In this document: positions 17,227-26,140 of the stretch, piece after piece
Layout: each line of letters opens with the position of its first letter
How positions within the stretch are numbered: the stretch's first letter is position 1
Assembly (NCBI GenBank): GCA_025839675.1
Contig: CP104013.1
Coordinates: 3,930,001 to 3,962,000 of the forward strand
Source of the DNA: Candidatus Lokiarchaeum ossiferum
Lineage (GTDB): Archaea > Asgardarchaeota > Lokiarchaeia > Sigyniarchaeales > Promethearchaeaceae
Reading direction: 5' to 3'
DNA: 32,000 nt
Notes under the pieces: model-generated
What the model was told of the DNA's origin: nothing
The model's input: only the letters and a program-made list of their open reading frames with translations
The model's database searches: none
Made by a program: the position numbers and the translations under genes

Positions 17227-18261
17227 ATGCAAAAGAGGGTTGGAATACCGCGCGCTTTATTATTTCACAAATATCGGGATTTATGGGTCACATTTTTCAC
17301 AGAATTAGGTGTTAAAGTCATAATTTCACCCAAAACCTCTAAAACAATCAAAGCATTGGGTGTGGGTAATGCAACTGATGAAGATTGCTATAGCACCAAG
17401 CTCTACCATGGTCATGCATTATGGTTAAAGGATAAGGTTGATTATTTGTTTGTGCCTCGTTTTGGGTCTGCTCATAAAAAACATGTCGGTTGTCCCAAAT
17501 TTCAAGGATTAGCAGATGTTCTCCGCTTTATGTACCCGGATCTTCCTGAAATAATTCGTCCTTACTATTCTGAAGCTAAGGCAGGCCATGGAAAGTTACG
17601 CTATCTTCAAATTTGTTTCAGCATAGGCTTTCGTTTCACTTCTAATCCTTTTAGAATTATTCGGGCGATTAGAAAATCTCTTAAAGCTCAACGAGATCAT
17701 TTAGCAAACTTAATTCTTTCTGAAAACAAATATTATCAGTGGGAACGTTCTGAATTATATGTAAACATTCCTCCAAAAAAACAAGAAGATGAATCTCCAA
17801 TTAAACTTGCTCTGGCGGCTCATTCTTATGTACTTAATGATGATTATGCATCTGTAGAAATTCGGAAAAAACTAAGGGATTATGGAATTGATATAATTAC
17901 TTCTGAGCAAGTTCCTCGCTCTTTAATCGAAGAACAATTAAAGAAGTTAGATTACAATATGTATTTCGATTATGAACGTGAGATTTTAGGCACTATTCTT
18001 CATTTTATTGATAAAAAAACGGTCGATGGAATCATTCATATTCAAATTTTTCCTTGCGGACCCGATTCAATTGTTGGAGAATTAGCTTCCCGTTTTTCAA
18101 AACGAGATCCAGAAGTCCCCTTGCTTCAACTTGTGTTTGATGAACTCACAGGCGAAGCAGGGGTTAATACCCGTTTAGAAGCTTTTGTTGATTTACTTCG
18201 TCGCAAACATCAAAAACAAATTGACGAAAAACAAATATGGAGGCCAATTCTATCCCAATAA
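17227..18261 (+). CDS. acyl-CoA dehydratase activase-related protein (DUF2229-like), paralogue A
   Basis: 344 aa. The N-terminal VGIPRALLFHKY, DEDCYSTKLYHGH, VGCPKFQG and IFPCGPDS match my memory of the uncharacterised domain that is usually fused to tandem BcrAD/BadFG activase domains. The C-terminal LLQLVFDELTGEAGVNTRLEAFVDLL is shared with the next ORF. An AGAGGG RBS precedes the ATG. Confidence 0.6.
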   Translation: MQKRVGIPRALLFHKYRDLWVTFFTELGVKVIISPKTSKTIKALGVGNATDEDCYSTKLYHGHALWLKDKVDYLFVPRFGSAHKKHVGCPKFQGLADVLRFMYPDLPEIIRPYYSEAKAGHGKLRYLQICFSIGFRFTSNPFRIIRAIRKSLKAQRDHLANLILSENKYYQWERSELYVNIPPKKQEDESPIKLALAAHSYVLNDDYASVEIRKKLRDYGIDIITSEQVPRSLIEEQLKKLDYNMYFDYEREILGTILHFIDKKTVDGIIHIQIFPCGPDSIVGELASRFSKRDPEVPLLQLVFDELTGEAGVNTRLEAFVDLLRRKHQKQIDEKQIWRPILSQ

Positions 18262-19394
18262 CATTTCCTCACTTTGGATCTTTAGTTTATGTATTTGAAC
18301 GTTTATTTCATGAATTGAATCGCTATGATCTCATCATTCCCAATAAACCGAGCAAAAAAACCGCTGAACTTGGTGCGCGCCATGCTCCCGAATTTGTATG
18401 TACTCCATTCAAACTTACATTGGGTACATTTATTGAATCACTCGAACGGGGGGCAGATGAGCTTGCAATGGGGGGATGTCATGCGTATTGTAGGTTTGGA
18501 TATTATTGGCCGGTACAAAAATTGATTCTTGAAGATTTAGGGTATAGCGATTTTAGATTCGTTCCTGTTGATTATGAAAGTCCAATCGAAATTTTCCGCA
18601 CTCTTAAAAATGAATTTGGTCGAGATTGTAATTTTTCGCAAGTAGTTAGGGCTGTGAGAGCTTCTTATATTGCTAATCGTTTGACGGATATAACAGATAA
18701 TCAAGTTTTTCATTATCGGGCATTAGAATTAGAAAAAGGCTTAACCGATAAAATTGCCAAGAAAATATTCAGAAGAATTGTAGATACGCCCAAAATTCGA
18801 GATATGAAAAAATTGCAGAAAGAAATTCCTAAAATCTTTAAACGGGAAGTTGAAATAGATCATAGTATTGACCCAATTAAAGTGGGTATTGTTGGTGAGA
18901 TATATGTTGTATTAGAACCTGCCCTCAATGTTGAACTTCACCGTCGCTTGAATGAATTAGGGGTAGTTGTAGAACATTCAAACTCACTCCGACGATTTAT
19001 TGACATCCCTTACAAGTTAAATCCCTTTAGACATATGCCCATCGATTATGAACAAAAAGCTGCTCGACCCTATGTGGCCCATCGTCTGGGGGGGGAAACT
19101 CAAGAATCCATCGGTTCCACAATTTTATTGAAGAAAAAAGGGTGGGATGGAATGGTTCACCTTTATCCGTTTACGTGTATGCCCGAAATAATCTCTCGCA
19201 GTATTTTACCCGCAGTAAGTCGGGATCATGATATGCCTGTTCTTTCTTTAGTTGTAGATGAACAAACTGGAGAAGCAGGATTTCAAACTCGCTTGGAAGC
19301 TTTTATTGACTTACTTGCAAGGAAAAAGTTGAAAAAAGCACCCCAAAATCCACACAAAAAGAAATATGAGGTTCCAATAACCCAACAAATTTAA
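18237..19394 (+). CDS. acyl-CoA dehydratase activase-related protein (DUF2229-like), paralogue B
   Basis: 385 aa. It has EFVCTPFKLTLG, GGCHAYCRFGYYW, YPFTCMPEI and the C-terminal VLSLVVDEQTGEAGFQTRLEAFIDLL, paralogous to ORF A. It overlaps ORF A by 25 nt, which implies coupled translation. Confidence 0.6.
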   Translation: MEANSIPITFPHFGSLVYVFERLFHELNRYDLIIPNKPSKKTAELGARHAPEFVCTPFKLTLGTFIESLERGADELAMGGCHAYCRFGYYWPVQKLILEDLGYSDFRFVPVDYESPIEIFRTLKNEFGRDCNFSQVVRAVRASYIANRLTDITDNQVFHYRALELEKGLTDKIAKKIFRRIVDTPKIRDMKKLQKEIPKIFKREVEIDHSIDPIKVGIVGEIYVVLEPALNVELHRRLNELGVVVEHSNSLRRFIDIPYKLNPFRHMPIDYEQKAARPYVAHRLGGETQESIGSTILLKKKGWDGMVHLYPFTCMPEIISRSILPAVSRDHDMPVLSLVVDEQTGEAGFQTRLEAFIDLLARKKLKKAPQNPHKKKYEVPITQQI

Positions 19395-19407
19395 AAGGTA
19401 TTTCAAT

Positions 19408-20442
19408 ATGACAATAAATGGAAAAAAATTCTATTTGGGTGTTGATGTTGGTTCTATTAGCACCAATGTTGCAGTAATTAATGAAAAAAGAGAAGTAATT
19501 GGGTCGGTTTATATTCGTACCGATGGAAAACCAATTAATGCGGTACAAAAAGGAATTGTAATAATGCGAGATAAGCTTGGTGAAGATTTACCGATCAGTG
19601 GTGCAGGGACTACTGGTAGTGCCAGACAACTGACAGGAATAATAATTGGTGCTGATATTGTCAAGAATGAAATAACTGCTCATTCTCTTGCTGCATTAGA
19701 AATTCGTCCAGATGTTCAGACTGTCCTTGAAATTGGTGGTCAGGACAGTAAAATCATTATTCTTCGGGATGGAGTCGCGATTGATTTTGCAATGAATTCC
19801 GTATGTGCCGCTGGTACTGGGTCTTTTTTAGATCAACAAGCACGGAGGTTAAAAGTTCCTATTGAAGATTTTGGCGATTTAGCTCTAAAATCATCCAATT
19901 CCGTGACCATAGCGGGGAGATGTACTGTGTTTGCTGAATCGGATATGATCCATAAGCAACAATTGGGTTATCCCGAAAAGGATATAATACGAGGATTATG
20001 TGATGCTCTTGTTAGGAATTATTTGAATAATGTTGGCAAAGGTAAAGTCATCCGGCCTCCTATTATGTTTCAAGGTGGTGTTGCTGCTAATAAGGGTATT
20101 AGGCGGGCATTTGAACAAAGTCTTGGGCACAAAGTTCATGTTCCAGAACATTATGATGTCATGGGGGCGATTGGCGCAGCAATTCTAGCTCAAGAAGAAA
20201 TAGAAAAACGTCCACGACCATCCAAGTTTTATGGGTGGGATATTCCCGAAATGACTTTCGAAACTACGGGATTTGAATGCGCTGATTGTCCTAATGTATG
20301 TGAAATTGTGGAAATTCGGAAGAATTCTGAGTTGGTTGCACGATGGGGATCAAAATGCGGGAAGTGGGATGATTTAGCCGTTTCGCATGAACCTGATGTT
20401 GAATCAAAAACACTAATGGAACCAATGATCAATCAGTTTTAA
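19408..20442 (+). CDS. BcrAD/BadFG-type ATPase (2-hydroxyacyl-CoA dehydratase/benzoyl-CoA reductase 'activase' family) with C-terminal Cys4 extension
   Basis: 344 aa with an ASKHA-fold. Motifs are LGVDVGSISTN, LEIGGQDSK and FQGGVAAN. Both cluster-bridging Cys contexts are present (NSVCAAGTGSF at C133, AGRCTVFAESD at C172). There is an extra C-terminal CADCPNVC...C motif. It lies 13 nt after paralogue B. Confidence 0.85.
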   Translation: MTINGKKFYLGVDVGSISTNVAVINEKREVIGSVYIRTDGKPINAVQKGIVIMRDKLGEDLPISGAGTTGSARQLTGIIIGADIVKNEITAHSLAALEIRPDVQTVLEIGGQDSKIIILRDGVAIDFAMNSVCAAGTGSFLDQQARRLKVPIEDFGDLALKSSNSVTIAGRCTVFAESDMIHKQQLGYPEKDIIRGLCDALVRNYLNNVGKGKVIRPPIMFQGGVAANKGIRRAFEQSLGHKVHVPEHYDVMGAIGAAILAQEEIEKRPRPSKFYGWDIPEMTFETTGFECADCPNVCEIVEIRKNSELVARWGSKCGKWDDLAVSHEPDVESKTLMEPMINQF

Positions 20443-20490
20443 GAAAAATGTGAACTTTTTTATTCTTCCCCTATTTTTATATCACCATAA

Positions 20491-21324
20491 ATGTCTTCTT
20501 GGAATGTAATACAAAATCACATCAGTTTTCACGCTGTTTACAATTCGTCTATATTAGATGCATTAAAATTTGCTAATCAATCTGGATTTAAGGGAATTCA
20601 AATTGCGGTTGAGGTTCCCCATTTATCTTTCGAACAAGTAAGCGATGAGGATTGCTTCCAAATTCGAAATTATGCAAAAAAACATGATCTCTATATTACT
20701 TTGCATGCTCCCGATGATGTGGTTTCACTTTTTGTCATTAATCCTGCTCTTCAACAAGGAATATTTGCTTATTATACTGCTTTATTTGATTTTGCAGAGA
20801 AAATTGGTGCTTGTTTGATAACGATACATTTAGGAAAAATGACAACTTTTCCCACAGATACAATTCCTGAACTAAAATATCCTGAGGAAGATCTCTTGAT
20901 TTATTGGGAAGCGTTAGAGAATAATTTGGGAGAAATTGTTAAATCGGCTCGCAATCGATTTATTCTCTGTGTTGAAAACTATTATTTTAATCCGTTTATA
21001 TTAGAAGTTTTAGAGCCTTTAATTCAAGATGAAGAAATTTTCTTGTGTTGGGATATCGCCAAAACTTTTACTCGAAGTGGGGAAAAAATTGCTGAGATTG
21101 AAGCCTTTTTTCTTGATAATCTCTCTCAAATTCGTCAAGTTCACTTACATGACATTCACAATTATCGAAGTCATCGATCAATAGGCGAAGGCATTATTGA
21201 TTTTGCCTATTTTATAAAGTTATTAAAAGATGTTACCATTGAAGATTATTGTATAGAGGTGCGTCCTCACTCAAGGGCTGTTGATTCCTACAAAAAGTTA
21301 GAAAAAATTATCCAAAATCATTAA
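20491..21324 (+). CDS. xylose-isomerase-like TIM-barrel protein (sugar phosphate isomerase/epimerase, AP endonuclease 2 superfamily)
   Basis: 277 aa with a beta/alpha pattern. The expected metal-ligand contexts are ITLHAP, LITIHLG, CVENYY (Glu), CWDIAK (Asp), VHLHD (His) and IGEGIIDF (Glu). It lies 48 nt after the activase on the same strand. Confidence 0.65.
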   Translation: MSSWNVIQNHISFHAVYNSSILDALKFANQSGFKGIQIAVEVPHLSFEQVSDEDCFQIRNYAKKHDLYITLHAPDDVVSLFVINPALQQGIFAYYTALFDFAEKIGACLITIHLGKMTTFPTDTIPELKYPEEDLLIYWEALENNLGEIVKSARNRFILCVENYYFNPFILEVLEPLIQDEEIFLCWDIAKTFTRSGEKIAEIEAFFLDNLSQIRQVHLHDIHNYRSHRSIGEGIIDFAYFIKLLKDVTIEDYCIEVRPHSRAVDSYKKLEKIIQNH

Positions 21325-21336
21325 AAAAGGTGAACC

Positions 21337-22530
21337 TTATTGCAATTCCTTTTCTTTTTTGTCTTTCTTTGAATCTGGGATAGATTTCCTCGGATTTTTT
21401 CCCGTTAATTCCGTATCTAGTTTTTTTACTTTCATTTGATGCTCTAAATCTTGTTTTACTCTTTTTAATGCTTCCAATTCCAATTGATCTTGCTCACGTT
21501 GGAATTTTTCTTTTTCTAATGCATTTAATTCGACATTTTCACTTGATCTATCAGGTTTATCAAATTCTTTAAGGGTTGCTACGTAAGTTTCATGTTCTTT
21601 TTCTGGAATATAATTTAATTGATCAATAAGAAAATCTTGATCGTGCTGAGAAATGGGTAATTCTTTAATGGCGTGGATTAGCGGTTGGATATTTTTTGAC
21701 TGAGTGTTCACATTTTCCAATTCTTCTAAATACTTTCCTTGTTGTTTTTCGGTTAAATAAATGAATGATTTTGCGATTAAGGTTCGTTCTTCCGATGACA
21801 TATCAATCGAGAGCAGCTTTTCTCGAATTTCTGGCGCTAAAACAGTAAAAACTTCGCGTTTTTCATCAACAAGCATGTTTTTTTCTGCTTGGAGGGGGAG
21901 AGTTTTTTCTTGAGAATCATCTAATTTGCTATCTGCATCTTCTGGAATTATTCTTTCTCCGGTGAAAGGATTAAATTTTGCATTTTGACTTCCCGCTGGT
22001 AAAATTCGTTTTCCAGTATAAGGGTCAAATTTAGCGTTAATTTGAGTCTGTGGGATGTTCGATGAAGTTGATGAAATCAATTGGTTTTTTTTAGGAACTG
22101 GGCTGGAAATAAATGGTTTTTTTACTTTATTTGATACATTTGTGAACCATTTTTTGATAGCGGTCCATTTAATTTTAAACCAGTTTTTGAAATTTGTCCA
22201 TCCTTCTTTCCAATCCTTGACAAAATCATCCCAATCTTTCTGCCATTTTGCCATTGTCGCTGTCCAAGAATCATCTTTCGGAGTCTGAGTTTTTGATTTT
22301 TCTTTATGTTTTTTTCCGTTTTGTTTGGATGCTATTGGTTTAATTCGTTCTATACCTTTCATTCCTTCTATTTTAAAACCACATGTTTCACAATAAATCG
22401 AAGCGCCACGCAACATCATATTGCTTAATTCTTCTGATATTATTGTATGACAATCAGGACACATTGAGATTTTTTTTGTGGGTGGTTTCTGAGGTGTTTT
22501 CATAGGAATTTCAGTTTCTCTAGTTTTCAT
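21337..22530 (-). CDS. zinc-ribbon protein with Trp-rich amphipathic segment, tandem FxPxTG repeats and Glu/Lys-rich coiled-coil tail
   Basis: 397 aa. It has CPDC...(19 aa)...CETC (nt 22381-22461). Eight Trp fall within 40 residues (aa 89-128). AKFDPYTGKRILP and AKFNPFTGERIIP form a repeat pair. The C-terminal ~120 aa are E/K/Q-rich. Confidence 0.55.
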   Translation of the reverse strand: MKTRETEIPMKTPQKPPTKKISMCPDCHTIISEELSNMMLRGASIYCETCGFKIEGMKGIERIKPIASKQNGKKHKEKSKTQTPKDDSWTATMAKWQKDWDDFVKDWKEGWTNFKNWFKIKWTAIKKWFTNVSNKVKKPFISSPVPKKNQLISSTSSNIPQTQINAKFDPYTGKRILPAGSQNAKFNPFTGERIIPEDADSKLDDSQEKTLPLQAEKNMLVDEKREVFTVLAPEIREKLLSIDMSSEERTLIAKSFIYLTEKQQGKYLEELENVNTQSKNIQPLIHAIKELPISQHDQDFLIDQLNYIPEKEHETYVATLKEFDKPDRSSENVELNALEKEKFQREQDQLELEALKRVKQDLEHQMKVKKLDTELTGKNPRKSIPDSKKDKKEKELQ

Positions 22531-22586
22531 TGTACTAATGAACTTCGAAATATATCAAAATTTGGGAAACCAATCATTGTCGTATT

Positions 22587-25500
22587 TCAAGTTTGTTGAA
22601 GAAGTTTTTTTCCAGTGATATCTTCAATTCTCTGAATGAGATCAGATATAAATGGGTTAGTTTTTATCCCTATATCTAAATTCTGCACAATACTTACTGC
22701 TTCATCATATTGCTTTAAAGTGAGATGTGCCACTAATAGATTATGGTAAAGACGGGAATAATTGGGGTTACTTGATTCACATTTAAGCGCTCGATTGTAA
22801 GCTTTAATTGCATCTTCATATTTTTCTTGGATTGCTAAACAGTTTCCATAGATAATCCATGGAGAAATAAGATTTGGATTAAATTCAATTATTGACTTTG
22901 CCTCGATTTTGGCAGTCTCAATTTTTGCTTTATTTTCTTTTCTACGAATAGAATAGTATAAAGCTTCGAGATTGGATAATTTTTCCACAAAATCTTTGTA
23001 AAATTCCAATTTTTTATTAAATTCTGGGTAATTTTGGCCATCAAAAATATCAAGTAAAGATTTAAACAGAATTTTTTTATTGGTATTTAGTATTTTTTGA
23101 TTCTGAAATATTTCTTCTGAAAGTGCGATCAAATCTGATATTATTTTCTCTGAATTGGCCGCAAAATGGATGAGAATGTTAGTTAGAAATTGGTTGAAGG
23201 GAATTGTAATTTTTTCGCTTTTGATTGGTTCTTTTATCATCAAATACAATATTAATTTCTGAATATTTTGGAATATTTGGAGAATATTTGCATCAATATG
23301 GTCCTTTTTAATAAATAATTCCAAATCTTGCTTGGAAAGAAATTGTGTTTGCTTTAGGGGTAAATGCGCTTTTGTTTGGAAATATTGATCATATTTTTGA
23401 ATTGTTTTTCCCAGTATTGAGACCATATTGCCCATCATTTGCACGCGAGCATCAAATCGACTAATTTCTTGATTGCTCATTTCATAGATCGACAGAAATT
23501 TCTCTAAAATGTTGGAGATAATATGAGGTGAGAATAATATGATTGAATCTTTAATATCAGTTAGTGTTTTAGCAAATCTTGTTGCTTTTCCCTCCTCGAT
23601 TATCACGTAAGATGAATTTTGGAATGTTAGTTCTGCGATTCGCTTGATCTCTAAAAAATCTTGGGATGTGATTTTAATACGTTCAATATCTTCTTGAATA
23701 ATATTAAAAACAGACAGAAAAATTCTAAATTCATCACTATTTTTATAGGGTTGGGCCAAAAAACGTTTAATTTCCTCTAAAAAATAATCCAAGTTGTTTT
23801 CATATACTGAAAGAGGGATTTCGACATATTTTTTCTGCATTCGCTGATAATTACCTTCATCACAAGCCCAAATGAAATCTTTTATAGATAAGATATTATA
23901 CATATTCTCTAAATCATGTTCGAATCCTGCATATTCAACCCATTGTTTTATTAATGTTTTATGGATGGCAAAATCATATTCTGGTAATTCTCCCCTGAGA
24001 TACCAATTATTTAGAAAAGACCTGATTTCTTTTTGAATTGGAAGCAAGAAATTTGGATGAATATTTGTCTCATGGGTTTGATTAAGCGTATCAATCCACA
24101 CCTTGATTTGGAGCATTATTTCCGCGGCACTTTTAAGCAAATCAGGACTTGTTTTTAAGATATTTGCACTTTTATTGAATATTCTGATATATATAGAACA
24201 AAAATCTAATGTTATTTCAACATCTTTGTATATTTTTGTTAAATACTCAAAAACTTGAATTCCTACTTGGGGTAATTTTTTATGAAACATGATTAAGGGT
24301 GCTTGTTCTCCGATATTTCGGACAATCTTGTAAAAATCCCTTTTTGTGATATAACGTTCATCTATTGTTTTGAGTGTGGTTAAATATGTAACTAGTTTGT
24401 TATCTAGATAAGCAATAAAATCTAAATCTAGAGACAAGAATGTGAAATCTTTTTTAATCAGTTCTACAAGCGTTTTTCGATCTTTTTCAGAGATGTCCTT
24501 ATCATAGAGATGAATGGAACTAATAAAATCCCGTAAAAAGTTAATATAATTATTATTTGTTATGGATTTGTGTTTCTCTGTACCTTTAAACTGATAAATT
24601 TCTAATAATACCTCTAACAGCAAAGATAAAATATTAAAGGAGCTAAATTTCGGGTGGTTTTTTAGGTAGCTTGTTAGGTAAGTAACAACTGAAGAATAAT
24701 CTCCTCTGTTTAACATAATTGCAACTTTACTGGTGATTGCAACGATTTGGGGTTTTTCAAGAATTTTGATTAGTTCTTCCGATAAATCCCAATTAGAGAA
24801 GAGATATTCTACTGAACTAATAATAATATCGCTGTCCGCATAATATGAATCAAATAAATAAACGACAGTATGCACCAATAAACTTTGATTTTCCTCAAAA
24901 AGCTGGTATTGTAAAACCGACTTTAAGATGGATGAAACAGCTTGAATATTATCTACTGAAAATTGTTCTTTTAAATAGAGAATATAATTTCGTTCCATTT
25001 TTCTTTGGATTTTCGCAATTAGAGAGGGATCTGTGGATAGTGAAAATAGATCCCGTAAAACATTTAAACGTTGGCTGATTGAAGCCATTCCTTCAATTCT
25101 TTCTAATGAAATTTGAATATATTTAGCAAGATCATTTGGATCCTTAACCCACGCAGCTTTTTTCTTTGTTAGTAAGAGAATTCCAGTTTCTATTCTGGCA
25201 AGAATTTTATTGACAAAAGATTTACAATCTTCTTCATTTTTTAGATTATACTTAATATGTTTATCTTTTGATACAGTATCAGAGAACAAACCTTCATCTA
25301 ATGAAAATAGTGGAGTCAGAGGAGATTTTTCCGAGTTATTTTCTGCTTGTTTATCGGTAAAAATAACTAAATTTCCAAGTTCTAAATTTTCTTTCACTTG
25401 CACTCCAATTCGAACACCGAAATCATCAAGTACTGTGACTTTTGAAGTTGATGCAATTTCTTCTGAAAGTAATTGATGTTCATCCAAGAATTGGACCCAT

Positions 25501-26138
25501 TTAACCAGAAATAATGCTTCTTTGTAAAAAATAATGCCAATATGATTGATGGAAAACATTTTTTGTAGGGTATCATCCAAAGCATCAATAAATTGAATTA
25601 TTTTTTCATATCGTTTATATTGCTTTAAGTCTTGCAAAACATTGGATTTTCGTAATTTTGTTTGAAGTTTATCAATACTTGTTTGTCCTTGAGCGGTGTA
25701 AAATTTTCCGTTTATAAAAAGCGTATTTGAATCAAGTAACGCTTGTTTCATTTGATTTAAAGATAAAGAGTTTGGATCTTCTTCAATTGAGATTTCTATT
25801 CCTTCTTGAAAGATAATTATATTTTCTTGTAGAATTAAATTAACATAATCTCTATCCGATCGAAATAACGTTTCAAAAGCCCATTGTTCTTTAATATCTT
25901 CTTCATTTTCAGAAAATTGAGCCAATAAAAGCTCATAGGTTTCAGCTTCTATTTTTGTATAAGACAATTTTTTGAGAAACGACAATATCTCATGAATTTC
26001 TTTGTGTTTGATATGCTGTAAAAGTTTCTTTTGATTTTCATCCATCCGGGCCCCATATCGTTCCAATGCTTCATTTGTCCAATGAATTAATTCAACATAT
26101 CTCCGACTGACAAGATAATCTAATATTTTTAAAAGCAC
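22587..26138 (-). CDS. large (1183 aa) predominantly helical hypothetical protein with C-terminal TPR repeats
   Basis: It is a long uninterrupted ORF with a GTG start 2 nt after the HIT gene stop. The C-terminal ~100 aa contain clear TPR units (PWIIYGNCLAIQEKYEDAIKAYNRALKCESSNP; NYSRLYHNLLVAHLTLKQYDEAVSIVQNL). I saw no P-loop, nuclease or protease motif. Confidence 0.6.
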   Translation of the reverse strand: MLLKILDYLVSRRYVELIHWTNEALERYGARMDENQKKLLQHIKHKEIHEILSFLKKLSYTKIEAETYELLLAQFSENEEDIKEQWAFETLFRSDRDYVNLILQENIIIFQEGIEISIEEDPNSLSLNQMKQALLDSNTLFINGKFYTAQGQTSIDKLQTKLRKSNVLQDLKQYKRYEKIIQFIDALDDTLQKMFSINHIGIIFYKEALFLVKWVQFLDEHQLLSEEIASTSKVTVLDDFGVRIGVQVKENLELGNLVIFTDKQAENNSEKSPLTPLFSLDEGLFSDTVSKDKHIKYNLKNEEDCKSFVNKILARIETGILLLTKKKAAWVKDPNDLAKYIQISLERIEGMASISQRLNVLRDLFSLSTDPSLIAKIQRKMERNYILYLKEQFSVDNIQAVSSILKSVLQYQLFEENQSLLVHTVVYLFDSYYADSDIIISSVEYLFSNWDLSEELIKILEKPQIVAITSKVAIMLNRGDYSSVVTYLTSYLKNHPKFSSFNILSLLLEVLLEIYQFKGTEKHKSITNNNYINFLRDFISSIHLYDKDISEKDRKTLVELIKKDFTFLSLDLDFIAYLDNKLVTYLTTLKTIDERYITKRDFYKIVRNIGEQAPLIMFHKKLPQVGIQVFEYLTKIYKDVEITLDFCSIYIRIFNKSANILKTSPDLLKSAAEIMLQIKVWIDTLNQTHETNIHPNFLLPIQKEIRSFLNNWYLRGELPEYDFAIHKTLIKQWVEYAGFEHDLENMYNILSIKDFIWACDEGNYQRMQKKYVEIPLSVYENNLDYFLEEIKRFLAQPYKNSDEFRIFLSVFNIIQEDIERIKITSQDFLEIKRIAELTFQNSSYVIIEEGKATRFAKTLTDIKDSIILFSPHIISNILEKFLSIYEMSNQEISRFDARVQMMGNMVSILGKTIQKYDQYFQTKAHLPLKQTQFLSKQDLELFIKKDHIDANILQIFQNIQKLILYLMIKEPIKSEKITIPFNQFLTNILIHFAANSEKIISDLIALSEEIFQNQKILNTNKKILFKSLLDIFDGQNYPEFNKKLEFYKDFVEKLSNLEALYYSIRRKENKAKIETAKIEAKSIIEFNPNLISPWIIYGNCLAIQEKYEDAIKAYNRALKCESSNPNYSRLYHNLLVAHLTLKQYDEAVSIVQNLDIGIKTNPFISDLIQRIEDITGKKLLQQT

Positions 26139-26140
26139 TA

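Noticed and set aside
24845-25588. ORFs 24845..25078 (+), 25210..25476 (+) and 25394..25588 (-) within the 1183-aa gene, and 22055..22288 (+) within the zinc-ribbon gene
   Set aside because: These are overlapping or antisense shadow ORFs in very A/T-rich coding DNA. The long uninterrupted 3.5-kb frame is far less likely to be open by chance.
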